Assembly (NCBI GenBank): GCA_002269645.1
Contig: NIVC01001657.1
Coordinates: 1-64,000, forward strand
Reading direction: 5' to 3'
Origin: Macrostomum lignano
Taxonomy: Eukaryota
DNA: 64,000 nucleotides
Below, in pieces: positions 50,401 to 62,813 of the stretch. How positions within the stretch are numbered: the stretch's first letter is position 1; each line of letters starts with the position of its first letter. Position numbers and translations under genes: made by a program. The notes under the pieces were generated by a model, which was not told the DNA's origin, ran no database searches, and worked only from the letters and a program-made list of their open reading frames with translations.

Positions 50401-53400
50401 TGGTGATCCATAACAGATTCCACACATCCTGCGCTTGATTTGTGGAAACACAGAAAAGTTGCAAGGGGCCAGGTTGGGGCTGTAAGGTGGATTACTGAGC
50501 TCTTGAATGCGCTTTCCGGCCAGGAACTCTGCCACCTGTCAAGCCTTGTTGGTTAGGGTGTTGTGATGGAGAAGGATGCCCCAAACTCAGTTCTTGGGCA
50601 ATGCCTGGAAAGAACACTCAGAACTTCTGGCAGGCAAACATTGGCATACCAGTCACCAATGACTGTGCACTGCTGCACGAGTGGAACTGTGGCCAGATGA
50701 CCAGTTTTTGCCACAAAAATGGCCACTATCTGCTTTGCCACACTGCATTCTCACTGAAGCTTAGATGGTGGGGTGCTCCCAATTGCAACTTAGTTCCTCC
50801 CAATTGCAACTTAGTTCCTATCAATTGCGACTTAGTTCATCCCAATTGCAACTTAGTTCCTCCCAATTGCAACTTAGTTCCTCCCAATTGCGACTAAGTT
50901 CTTCCCAATTGTGAATTAGTTCCCCCTGATTGCAACTTAGTTCCTCCCAATTGCAACTTAGTTCCTCCCAATTGCAACTTAGTTCCTCCCAATTGCAAAT
51001 TAGTTCCTCCCAATTGCGACTTAGTTCCTTCTGATTGCAACTTAGTTCCTCCCAATTGCAACTTAGTTTTTCCCAATTGCAACTTAGTTCTTCCTGATTG
51101 CAACTTAGTTCCTCCCAATTGCGACTTAGTTCCTTCTGATTGCAACTTAGTTCCTCCCAATTGTGACTTAATTTCTCCTGATTGCAACTTAGTTCCTCCC
51201 AATTGCAACTTAGTTCCTCCTAATTGCGACTTAGTTCCTCTGTTTTCTTTTCTTCTCTTTCTCTTTCTCTCTCGTCTTTCCCTCTCTCTCTTTTTCCTTT
51301 CTTTTCCTTTTCCCTTCCTCTCCTTTCTTTCTTCCCCCAATTTTTCGTTTTTCCCATTTTCAATTTTGCGACTTACCTCGGCTGGCAGCCATTTCACCTG
51401 TCTGGTTTGGATGGGTTGGACAGGTGTTGGGCATGTATGAGCAGTTTGGGAGTCTATAGCAATCAAAATAGTACATAGACAGATAGACAGAGTTTTCATT
51501 TTTATATGTATAGATATTAGGGACATGATCATTCTTGTTTCTTTCAATATGAACCTTTTCAATATCAATGACATGGCTACTGGCACTCTATAGGTTTTAT
51601 TTGACATAGCTATTGTCTCTATATATGAAATGCATTATATATTGTACAAACATAGCCATTGTGTGTATAATTTCTAATATTATAGACATATTACCCAGCT
51701 ATCATGTGCATAGTTATGATTCTATTATAACCATAATGCCTAGCTGTTATGATTATATATGTGTGGACCTAGTCAATATTAGATATAGCTACCATTTCTA
51801 TAAGTTTTCATGCCATAACTAAGTTGCAATTGAGAGGAACTAAGTTGCAATCAAGAGGAACTAAGTTGTAAATCTGGACAAAACTAAGTCACACCAAACA
51901 GGTAAAATTTTGAGGTTGTGCATTTATGTTTGGATCATTAGAACAATAGATGTAATGAAAATTAATACTACTTTTGGGATAGCCCTTGTAGTAAATTGTA
52001 TGCCAATAAAATGATGTGATTAATAAGCATATTTGGGAGCAACCTAGAGATTCACCTGGCAATTTCTATTGGCAACATTAACATGTAAATTGCTATTGGA
52101 CAGAATAGTAGTCACGTGACTTACATGTATCAGTATGTGCTGCCAATAAAAATAGCCAGGTGAATCCCTAGGTTTGTTGCACATGTATGTTAACTAGCAC
52201 TGAAATAATGCTATAAGCAGATGGCCAATAATTGCAAAAAATAAACATATATCAATTGTTAAAAAAGATAAACAAAGCAAAATAGTTGGCCGTAACATAT
52301 ATTATTGACTTGAAATATTTTACTAGTATTTGGAATGTCTCACTTTTTAAAAAAATACAATTGTTTTAGATTCAATTTTTTCCCAAATTATGGTAAAGTT
52401 ATCAAATAGCACAAATGTAATATCAGTTAGTATTAGTAATTAGAATTGGTTAGGATTAGATATTTTAATTATTTTATTTTCTAAAAACTTTCTCAATATA
52501 AACAACTTTTGAAAACTTAAAATATTTTTATTCATATGCGGCACTAATTCGATGACAAAGCATTTTCATAACTTAAAATTGTCATAGCTACTTTCGCCAT
52601 TTACCTTTTACTTTTTTCTTAAATTCGGATTTGAATCTGAAATTTTTGTACATTCGGATTCGGTTTTGAAAACTTGCATAAAACCACATTCAGTCGATCG
52701 CTAGTTCGGTCCATCGCTAATGCGACTCTTGATCGTCTCAATGTGGCCCATAAAAATACATGTACATAAAAATGATACATTTGTAAGTCGCATTTTTGGT
52801 CAATAAGTAAGTTGCATGGCTAGTGTAAATCAGGGACGTTGCGCATGTATGTAAATAGTGCTATTTGTAAGTTTAACAGACTTAATCATGATTATTAATT
52901 AAATCATAAATTAATAACCAATAATTCAACCATCTTTCCTATACCTAATTTTATCAATCAGCTTCGCTCTGCTGTGTCCAAAGAATTCGACACTGACTCC
53001 AGCCAGTTATGCCTCATCTTTTCTGGCAAAATTCTCAAAGACGAAGAAACTCTGCCAGCTCTGGGCATCAAGGACGGTCTGGTTGTCCATCTGGTTATCA
53101 AGACTGCCCGACCTGTAGCGGCTGAGCAACCAGCCGCTGGTTCCGGCTCTGTTCCAGCAACCAGCAGCGTGCCTAACAACCAGACCGCCTCGAACCCGCC
53201 CGGCGGCATGCCTCTGCCCGATCTGTTTCGCGCGGGTGTCGAGTCTGGCGGCGGCCTAGCAGATATGCAGTCCCAAATGCAGCGGGAGATGATGCAAAAT
53301 CCGCAGATGATGCGCCAGATGCTGGACAACCCCCTGGTACAGTCCATCATGTCCAATCCGGACACTATGCGAGCTATGATCCAGAGCAATCCGCAACTGA

Positions 53401-56400
53401 GGGATCTCATGGACCGCAATCCGGAGCTCAACTCGTTGCTAAACAATCCTGAGGTGAGACAGCTGGGTTTTTTGTTGTGCTTGCTAGTTACAGAGAAGTG
53501 GTTGCCTGTTACTTTGATAGTTGCCGCGCAAGCTCTGTACCCCAGTAACCTAGCCGGTAGCAAAATACGCTTAGTTTTATTTACAATAAAACGTTTCTTT
53601 CGGGTAAAACAATATTTCTTTATATTATTTTTGTATTAATTTTCCCATGACTATTTAACAGCTTCTCAATGATGATCTACCAGCTTCCCAATGACTATCT
53701 ACCAGCTTCGCAATGACTATCTACCAGCTTCCCAATGACTATCTACCAGCTTCCCAATGACTATCTACCAGCTTCCCAATGACTATCTACCAGCTTCCCA
53801 ATGACTATCTACCAGCTTCCCAATGACTATCTACCAGCTTCCCAATGACTATCTACCAGCTTCCCAATGACTATCTACCAGCTTCCCTATGATTTTCAAA
53901 CACTTCCCTATGATTATCTACCAGCTTCCCTATGATTGTCTAACAGCTTCCCTATGATTGTCTAACAGCTTCCCTATGATTGTCTAACAGCTTCCCTATG
54001 ATTGTCTAACAGCTTCCCTATGACCATCTAACCCCCCCGCCCACTCCGCCGCAGATTCTCCGTCAAACGATGGAGCTGGCCCGCAGCCCAGCCGCCATGG
54101 AGGAGATGTCGCGCAATTACGATCGCGCCCTCAGCAACCTGGAGAGCGTACCAGGCGGATTCGGCCATCTGCAGCGAATGTACCGCGACATCCAGGAGCC
54201 GATGCTCAGCGCCACCGAGGAGTCGATGTCGCGCAATCCGTTCGCCAATCTGGCTGGCGGCACGCGGCCAACAGGCTCGGATCAGCAGGGCACGGAAAAC
54301 AACCAGCCGCTGCCAAATCCCTGGGCTTCGGCTGCCTCAACTGCCGGTGGTCAGCAGCAGCAGCAGCCTCCGTCGTCGGGCTCTTCGACTTCGGCTACTC
54401 AACCGGGAATTCGCAGCCTGCAGGAGCAGCTGCTGCAATCTAATCCGGCTATGCTGTCTCAGGCTATGCAGGCTCCCTATATGCAGTCTATGATGCAGGT
54501 GCGCGCCACTTGGCTATCGGGCAATTTTCCGGGTTGTTGTAGGGGAATTTTCAATATTGATTTTAGGGGAATAATCCGGGTTGATTTTAGGGGAATTATC
54601 AAGATTGATTTTAGGGGAATAATCCGGGTTGATTTTAGGGGAATTATCAAGATTGATTTTAGGGGAATAATCCGGGTTGATTTTAGGGGAATTATCAAGA
54701 TTGATTTTAGGGGAATAATCCGGGTTGATTTTAGGGGAATTATCCGGGTTGATTTTAGGAGAATTATCAAGATTGATTTTAGGGGAATTATCCAAGTTGA
54801 TTTTAGGGGAATTATCAAGATTGATTTTAGGGGAATTATCTGGGTAAATTTTGGGGAATTATCCAAGTTGATTTTAGGGGAATTATTAAGATTGATTTTA
54901 GGGGAATTATCAAGATTGATTTTAGGGGAATTATCCGGGTTGATTTTAGGGGAATTATCCGGGTTGATTTTAGGGGAATTATCAAGATTGATTTTAGGGG
55001 AATTATCAAGATTGATTTTAGGGGAATTATCAAGATTGATTTTAGGGAAATTATCCGGGTTGATTTTAGGGGAATTATCCGGGTTGATTTTAGGGGAATT
55101 ATTAAGATTGATTTTAGGGGAATTATCCGGGTTGATTTTAGGGGAATTATTAAGATTGATTTTAGGGGAATTATCAAGATTGATTTTAGGGGAATTATCC
55201 GGGTTGATTTTAGGGGAATTATCCGGGTTGATTTTAGGGGAATTATTAAGATTGATTTTAGGGGAATTATCCGGGTTGATTTTAGGGAAATTATCCGGGT
55301 TGATTTTAGGGGAATTATCCGGGTTGATTTTAGGGAATTATCAAGATTGATTTTAGGGGAATTATCCGGGTTGATTTTAGGGGAATTATCCGGGTTGATT
55401 TTAGGGAATTATCAAGATTGATTTTAGGGGAATTATCCGGGTTGATTTTAGGGGAATTATCCGGGTTGATTTTAGGGAATTATCAAGATTGATTTTAGGG
55501 GAATTATCCGGGTTTTTACGGGGAAGTTTTGGTATCGGAGAGAATTTTTAGGATTGATTTACGCAAATATTCTGATGTAATTTTAAGGGAATTTTTCTGA
55601 TTGATTATGAGAGACTTTAAGGGCTACTTATTATTAATATAGATTTCCGCGTTGCTAAAGCCTTTCCCCCGCCATGCCCGATTGTTGCCAGGCGCTGGCT
55701 GCTGACCCGCAGCTGGCCGAGTCCATGCTGGTCAATTCGCCTCTGGTTGCCGGCAATCCCGAGCTGCAGGCCCAGATGCGCCAGATGTTGCCGCAGATGA
55801 TGACCCAGATGAGCAATCCGCAGACTCAGGCGGCGCTGAGCAACCCAAGAGCTCTGCAGGCTATCATGCAGATTCAGGAGAGCATGCGGGTGCTGCAACA
55901 GGAGGCTCCCGGCTTTGTGCCCGGCATGATGCCCGTGAGTTTCCGGAGCTCTCATTGTAGCTTTTTTAGCTAGTTAGAGTCTGGTGAGCTGTGTGCACCT
56001 GGCGCACTTTCAGCGACCTTTAACTTTGGCACACAACCGGCGAGAGGCATTGCTGCCCATTCCGCCGACTCCCCTGAGCAGGCACACAAGCGCGCGGATA
56101 CGTACGCAGTCATACGCACAGGCACACACTCGTTAGGCATGTACACTTCACTGTCCCTTGGGGGGTTGGCTCTCAAGGCCGTTAATTGCGCGAGCAGAGC
56201 CAAGCCGAGATTCCAATTTAGCCCCAAAATAATGTGACTGCACTTGGAATCGAGTCTGGGCCGCTGGCACATCAGAGCGATCATAAACTCATAAAGATAA
56301 GCCTAAGCCTAAACCTAAACCCACTCTTTAACTCATAAACACTCACCCGCGCACAAACCGCAGGCTGGCACCGCAGGCAGTGAGCAGGCCGCCACAGCAG

Positions 56401-56693
56401 GAGGACAGCAGCAGCAGCAGCAACAGCAGCCGCAACAGCAGCACCAGACAGACATGGCCTCGCTAATGCAGTCAATGCTGGGCATGATGGCCAGTCAAGG
56501 CGGTGTCGCCAACCCTCAGCAGCAGCAGCAGCAACAGCAGCAGCTGCCGCCCGAGCAGCGCTACGCCTCCCAGCTGGAGCAGCTGGCCAGCATGGGCTTC
56601 CTCAACCGGGAAGCCAACCTGCGAGCCATTCAAGCCACATTCGGCGACGTGAATGCCGCTATCGATCGGCTGCTGCAGTCTGGCGGGCAGTGA
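47455..56693 (+). CDS. UBQLN: Ubiquilin (UBL-STI1-UBA); exons 47455-47547, 52962-53453, 54055-54498, 55692-55934, 56364-56693
   Basis: [21 protein letters not shown]...|[25 protein letters not shown]1 [90 protein letters not shown]; all junctions phase 0. Confidence 0.95.
49794..51928. mobile_element. Foldback-type TIR element in ubiquilin intron 1, with internal 21-bp tandem repeats and a mariner fragment
   Basis: 49794-49855 is the imperfect reverse complement of ~51865-51928 (CAACCTCAAAATTT..ACTTAGTTTTGTCCAGATTT); TTGCAACTTAGTTCCTCCCAA array at 50778-51240 with inverted copies at 51818-51870. Confidence 0.7.
50300..50765 (-). pseudogene. Mariner (DD34D-type) transposase fragment, degenerate
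   Basis: [26 protein letters not shown] and [25 protein letters not shown]; frameshifted. Confidence 0.85.
52041..52174. mobile_element. Small MITE, ~134 bp
   Basis: TIRs AACCTAGAGATTCACCTGGC / GCCAGGTGAATCCCTAGGTT. Confidence 0.7.
53655..54030. repeat. 21-bp minisatellite in ubiquilin intron 2
   Basis: Unit CCCAATGACTATCTACCAGCT. Confidence 0.95.
54540..55515. repeat. 24-bp G-rich minisatellite in ubiquilin intron 3
   Basis: Unit GATTTTAGGGGAATTATC(CGGGTT/AAGATT), roughly 40 copies. Confidence 0.95.
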
Positions 56694-57934
56694 CGGACTG
56701 ACCGAGTTTGATTTACATGAGGAACAATGTCCCACCGATATCGGTTTTGTCATCTAATAACATAATAATTAATTATATATTGTTGCCCAATCAATTAATT
56801 ACTATTTGACGTCTGTTAATTAGTCTTATTGTTGTTTTTTATTACAAAAATGTTTGAAAATTAAATCTTCTGTTAATATCCTAAGCTATACTATTGGCAC
56901 TACTAATAGTAACTGAAACGCGTTTTTTGTCTATCTTTAAAAGCGGTCTATATAAAACTGGGATTCTGCGCTGCGTACGTGCTATTCCATACCACTTTAT
57001 TGTTTGTCCTGCCCTTTTAATCATCGCTGCTTGTCATTTCGCGTCATTGCTAATTATTTACTCTGACCATCTTTAATTACAGTTTTATGCCCTTCCAAGA
57101 TATCCCGCTACCTGTGTCTGTAACTAATCCAAAATGATAAACTTGCCTACTCTCATTATCTCCTTATAATTTCCCTTCAATTGGAAGTTCTTTAGGTTTT
57201 TTGTCCGGGCTAATTTCTTCTTTTGTATATCCAGACCTTTGCGCGCACTGCTTTTGTTTATTTTTATTTCTTGGAAATGAAAAATAATTCTGCAAAAACA
57301 ATTGGCGCTGTCGGGCCAATTGTTTTGATCTCTCGAGATATTTTTTCTATAATCCCCCTAACGACTAACCCAGTTATAGTAACTTGATCAATCTAGATAA
57401 CGATAATTAGCGCATTGCTTGCAATAATTTCCCGGAGTCCGAACAGACCAGGCGGACTCTCGTGTTATTGAGAAATGTTAATTTTGCTTTGCCCCAAGCG
57501 GTTTTTGCGGTTCGCTTAACTATTATAAATACAGACATACTTCACACCCATTCAGCTACTTATAGTAGGGCTATATGCGAACAGATTTTCGCAATTGGGG
57601 TGAAGCAGTTCAAGTTTCAACACCGACTGTCGGATTTTATTTTTTATTAGCGAGTTTTAATTAATCTACTACTTATAAATACCTGATAGCTCTGAAAATT
57701 AGTAGTAGAAAATGAAAATCCAACGAAAATATCTTGTACTTCATGTTTTCCAGAACACAGTCACCGTAGTTTAAAGATTCAATTCATGCTGTAATTATGG
57801 TTGCATTGTATATTTAATGATTCAGGCCAACAGTGCAACCAAAGTTCAAATCAGATGGCGATGTGGCGCGATGACGTCACACTATATGTATAATGCACAA
57901 TTGCAATTCTGTTTATGTTATTAAAGCAATTCCC

Positions 57935-58232
57935 TACTACAAAGACCCTTCAACAAGGGCTGCAAGTCTCTACAAAGACCCTTCAACAAGGGCTGCAAGT
58001 CCCTACAAAGACCCTTCAACAAGGGCCGCAAGTCCCTACAAAGACCCTTCAACAAGGGCTGCAAGTCCCTACAAAGACCCTTCAACAAGGGCTGCAAGTC
58101 CCTACAAAAAGACCCTTCAACAAGGGCCGCAAGTCCCTACAAAGACCCTTCAACAAGGGCTGCAAGTCCCTACAAAGACCCTTCAACAAGGGCTGCAAGT
58201 CCCTACAAAGACCCTTCAACAAGGGCCGCCCC
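57935..58232. repeat. ~30-bp minisatellite abutting the ELP1 stop codon
   Basis: Unit CTACAAAGACCCTTCAACAAGGGCTGCAAGTCC, about 9 copies. Confidence 0.95.
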
Positions 58233-59136
58233 AGTCGAGCCGCTGCCAGGCCGCCTTGGCAGACTCCAGCTCGGCCAGCAGGGAGTCCGGCCGCCCCATG
58301 GAGGGCAGCACGCAGCCGTAGGCCAGAGCGGTGCGCACCATCGTAGCTGATGATCCACCAGCCCCACTGGCGTCATCCTCAATGGCAGCGGCGGCGTTCG
58401 GCCAGATGCTGGCCGAGCCGCAGGTCAGCCTCGTGAGGCAGGCCGACACGGCGCGTCGTAGGCGCCAGGCCTCTGCGTGTTCGCCAAGTCCGGTTAGAGC
58501 CGCGCATAGTTGGCGCGCCTGAGTCTGGCGCCGGGAGCGCCGCGCTAAACAATCGGCGAGGCTGTTCAACAAGCCGAGCTCTTCAAGCGGATGGCCGGGC
58601 TTAGCGCCGGCCGTTTCCAATTTCCGTTTGGCTTTTCTACGACTTTTCCGAGTGCCGGACGAGGCGGAGGTCAAGGAGGCAGACGAGGCCCGGCTGACCG
58701 TGGAGCCCGCATCCGAGAAGGCGTCATCGTCAGGGCCGACCGCGCCAGCCCGCTGCTGACGCCCCTGCTGACCGGAGTAGTCAAATCCTATCGGAAGTAC
58801 AGTTTTTAGAGCATAGCTAGACACTACTAAAATATAAGGTTCAATCAGTAGTATAGCTGAAATGTTAATTCACTATTTTAAAATGAATAAATGCGCGCTT
58901 ACCGCCCCCGGCTGCCCGGGCCTCCCGCTCGGTTCTCAGCCGGATCAGGCGGTCCCGCTGCTCGGCAAACTGCGCCGCGTCGTTGGCCGCATCGTCGGCT
59001 TCGCGTTCGACGGCTTGGCGGGCAGCTTCGATCAGAGTAGAGCGCAGTTCGGCTGCTTCGGACTGACTGGCCGCCTGGGCGATCTGTAGTGGTAGTAGTA
59101 GTAGTAGTATTAGTAGTAGTAGTAGTAGTAGTAGTG

Positions 59137-59169
<33 letters not shown>

Positions 59170-59185
59170 CTAGTAGTAGTAGTAC

Positions 59186-59259
<74 letters not shown>

Positions 59260-59260
59260 C

Positions 59261-59291
<31 letters not shown>

Positions 59292-60722
59292 CGGCGTTAG
59301 TCACTGCTTTCTAAGCATTTCCAAAGCACGCAATACGCTTTTGCTGAGTCATCCAAGGGTTGTTGACTTACCAAGAGTTCGCACCGTTGCCAAAGGCAGC
59401 CATCCAAGGCCGCTGAAAACGCTGAAGGGCCGGTGATCGCTACCTGGTAAATTAATTAATAGCTAAGTTAACAGCCTGCAGCGAAGCGCTACTTAATAGC
59501 TGGGTGTCACAAATGGACCGGTGTCCAAGATGATATTTGGGGAAAAATTTTAAGGTCAGTAAAATGGAGCAATCGGGTTAAGTATGCAGAAACACCTGCG
59601 CTTGATCGGCTTAATTAAACGGCAAAGACATACAGATAATAGGTTCAAATTGCAGTCAGATTTGACGCTAAGTAAAGACCACACACGGCTTGATTAACGA
59701 TCAGCAGGTGACTTAGAGATGTTGGAATGACTTGATGGCTTTTAGAGAGATAATTCCAGAGATTTCCACTCGGAAAATTCCAAGAGAAAAAACCTGTCGC
59801 CTACGACAAAAGGCAAATGCGTTGCTACCGAGCGAACTGGGATTAAAATCCCTAAAATATTTGCGGACCCACTCACTGGAGCAGCCGGGTCGGGCCTGAG
59901 CGAGCTCAACAACAGTACCGCGTCGGCATGCCGACCGGACTCGCAAAGTCGGGCTGGAAAAGTGCAGTGCGGGAAAAGTACAGCAAAGTCCTTGTAAGCA
60001 TATCTGGGAAAGTATTTGATTAGATTATATATATGCAGTTGGGACCGAGTGCACTGACACATCTGAGCACACAATATGGATACCACACTGCCCCATATGG
60101 ATACCACACTGCCCCAATATAGATACCACACTGCCCCAATATAGATACCACACTGCCCAATATGGATACCACACTGCCCCAATATAGATACCACACTGCC
60201 CATTAGAGATACCGCACTGCCCCAATATAGATACCACACTGCCCAATATAGATACCACACTGCCCCAATATAGATACCACACTGCCCCAATATAGATACC
60301 ACACTGCCCAATATGGATACCACACTGCCCAATATGGATACCACACTGCCCCAATATAGATACCACACTGCCCCAATATAGATACCACACTGCCCAATAG
60401 AGATACCGCACTGCCCCAATATAGATACCACACTGTTCCAATATAGAAACCACACTATCCCAACACAGATCCCACACTATCCCAACACAGATCCCACACT
60501 ATCCCAGCAGCTCTCACCTGCCATTCCGTGAGCCTCCTTCTCCAGAACGTTGCTACCGGCCGCAGCAGCCAGCAATGCGGCGGCCAGCCACATCTCCGGG
60601 CACAATGCGGCCTTGAAGGCTTCTGCAGCCTCGGTGTACAGGCCCGCTTGGTAGTTCACCAGTCCACACCACTCCATTTGACCGGAATTTTTCAGCTCGC
60701 TCGCCCAGGCTGTCGATAGGCG
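58216..60722 (-). CDS. ELP1: Elongator complex protein 1 (IKBKAP/Iki3), 3' exons: 60722-60518, 59953-59877, ~59445-59370, 59083-58903, 58787-58216; 5' part not identified in the window
   Basis: TPR-like AEAFKAALCPEMWLAAA, RHADAVLLL, ALDGCLWQRCELL, QFAEQRDRLIRLR, DAFSDAGS, basic patch TRKSRRKAKRK..KPGHPLEELGLLNSL, matching the recalled ELP1 C-terminus (SKNRRKAERKK..GSPLEDLAL); phases consistent. Confidence 0.78.
59090..59290. repeat. (TAG)n microsatellite in an ELP1 intron
   Basis: Trinucleotide run. Confidence 0.97.
60075..60505. repeat. 21-22-bp minisatellite in an ELP1 intron
   Basis: Unit ATAGATACCACACTGCCCCAAT. Confidence 0.95.
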
Positions 60723-60834
60723 CTGCATGAGTTGAAGATTATCGGGTAAGACTTTTGTGTTTTATAAGTACTTGTGTTGTCAGATTTCTTCAGGCATGGA
60801 TAAGACTACTGTTAGACCGGGGTGGACTGACATA

Positions 60835-61975
60835 CGAGAGGGGAGTGGGATGCGCAGAGGAGTGGGGCGGAGCAGATTGGACTAGGGTGGGCAGAGAAGT
60901 GGGGTGGGGAAGAGAGGAGTGGGGTGGGGCAGAGTGGAGTGGGGTGGGGCAGAGTGGAGTGGGGTGGGCAGAGAAGTGGGGTGGGGAAGAGAGGAGTGGG
61001 GTGGGGCAGAGTGGAGTGGGGTGGGGCAGAGTGGAGTGGGGTGGGCAGAGAAGTGGGGTGGGAAGAGAGGAGTGGGGTGGGGCAGAGTGGAGTGGGGTGG
61101 GGCAGAGTGGAGTGGGGTGGGGCAGAGTGGAGTGGGGTGGGCAGAGGAGTGGGGTGGGGCAGATTGGAGTGGGGTGGGACAGAGTGAAGTGGGGTGGGCA
61201 GAGGAGTAGGGTGGATCAAAGTGGACTGGGGTAGGGCAGAGTGAAGTGGGGTGGGGCAGATTGGAGTGGGGTGGGCAGAGAAGTGGGGTGGGGAAGAGAG
61301 GAGTGGGGTGGGGCAGAGTGGAGTGGGGTGGGGCAGAGTGGAGTGGGGTGGGCAGATTGGAGTGGGGTGGGACAGAGTGGACTTGGGTAGGGTAGAGTGA
61401 AGTGGGGTGGGGCAGATTGGAGTGGGGTGGGGCAGATTGGAGTGGGGTGGGGCAGATTGGAGTGGAGTGGGACAGAGTGGACTGGGGTAGGGCAGAGTGA
61501 AGTGGGGTGGGGCAGATTGGAGTGGGGTGGGGAAGAGAGGAGTGAGGTGGGGCAGATTGGAGTGAGGTGAGGCAGATTAGATTGGGGTGGGGCAGAGGAG
61601 TGGGGTGGGGCAGAGTGGACTGGGGTAGGGCAGAGTGGAGTGGGGTGGGCAGAGGAGTGGGGTGGGGCAGAGTGGAGTGGGGTGGGCAGAGAGGAGTGGG
61701 ATGGGGTAGATTGGAGTGAGGTGAGGCAGATTAGAGTGGGGTGGGGCAGAGGAGTGGGGTGGGGCAGAGTGGACTGGGGTAGGGCAGAGTGGAGTGGGGT
61801 GGGCAGAGGAGTGGGGTGGGGCAGAGTGGACTGGGTAGGGCAGAGTGGAGTGGGGTGGGCAGAGAAGTGGGGTGGGGCAGAGTGGACTGGGGTAGGGCAG
61901 AGTGGAGTGGGCCGAGTGTAGTGGGGTGGAGCAGAGTGGAGCGGGTGGGGAAGAGTGGAGTGGGTGGGGCAGAGG
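60835..61975. repeat. G-rich ~20-bp satellite
   Basis: GGGGTGGGGCAGAGTGGAGT and variants. Confidence 0.95.
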
Positions 61976-62736
61976 GGAAAGTTTATCAGATAAAAGCTAG
62001 GTGTGAGACAAGCAATTGGGCCGGCCGTCCACTAGAATGTACAATTAGATATCTTGCTATACAGGCGAGTACAAAGCGGCAATTCGATATCATTCTGCAT
62101 ATGATGACTTATTTTATACAATAGCATTCAGATTGTGGCAGTTGGGATGAATTTATTAAAAAGAAAGCAAAACAAGTTTTTTTTCATTGCCAAGTCAGGC
62201 ACTGGTTTTTCTCATCTCTAACACGCGCACGGAGGCACTCTCTTCTAGGAGAAGATAAGGAAACGCAGAGAAAAAACTTGCTGAAGCGGCTTTGCGTGTC
62301 ACATTCGGTTCAGCGAGCAGGGAGCGCGCGGGGAATTGTGCGGGAAAGAGCCGGGGGTGTCTGCAGAGATGGTGGCAGGACTCTACTCTCCAAGATTTAG
62401 TTTAAGCCCTGCCCTGCTACCCCAGCTGATCAAACGAAGTCCATAAAAAGCTACCCCTTGCAATGTCGAGTTTTCGTCTTCTTTAAGAAGAATCCTTCGG
62501 GAAGGGAAGTGGGACGAGATTGTGGTGGGAAGTGGCTGCATGATTTGGCGGATGGCGGTGTAGACAGGCAATCAGCTGAGGTTCAGTACAGCTGTGTGGC
62601 ATGCCTTATAAGCGTCCTTTCCCGTGCCAATGATTGCACAGCAGCAATGCATTTCCAATTTGAATTGTTTTGCTGCAATCAGCGATTTTATTTAAATAGA
62701 AAATTGCTTTATCTAATCGTACTGATTAAAAAAATC

Positions 62737-62756
62737 AGGCAGGCAGGCAGGCAGGC

Positions 62757-62813
<57 letters not shown>

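Noticed and set aside
54499-55350. DFRGII/LILGELS extension of the ubiquilin exon-3 ORF, LRR-like in appearance
   Set aside because: Read-through of a good donor (CAG|gtgcgc) into the 24-bp minisatellite; the ubiquilin sequence resumes at 55692
62160-62640. Possible upstream ELP1 exons
   Set aside because: No frame gave ELP1-like sequence with usable splice sites
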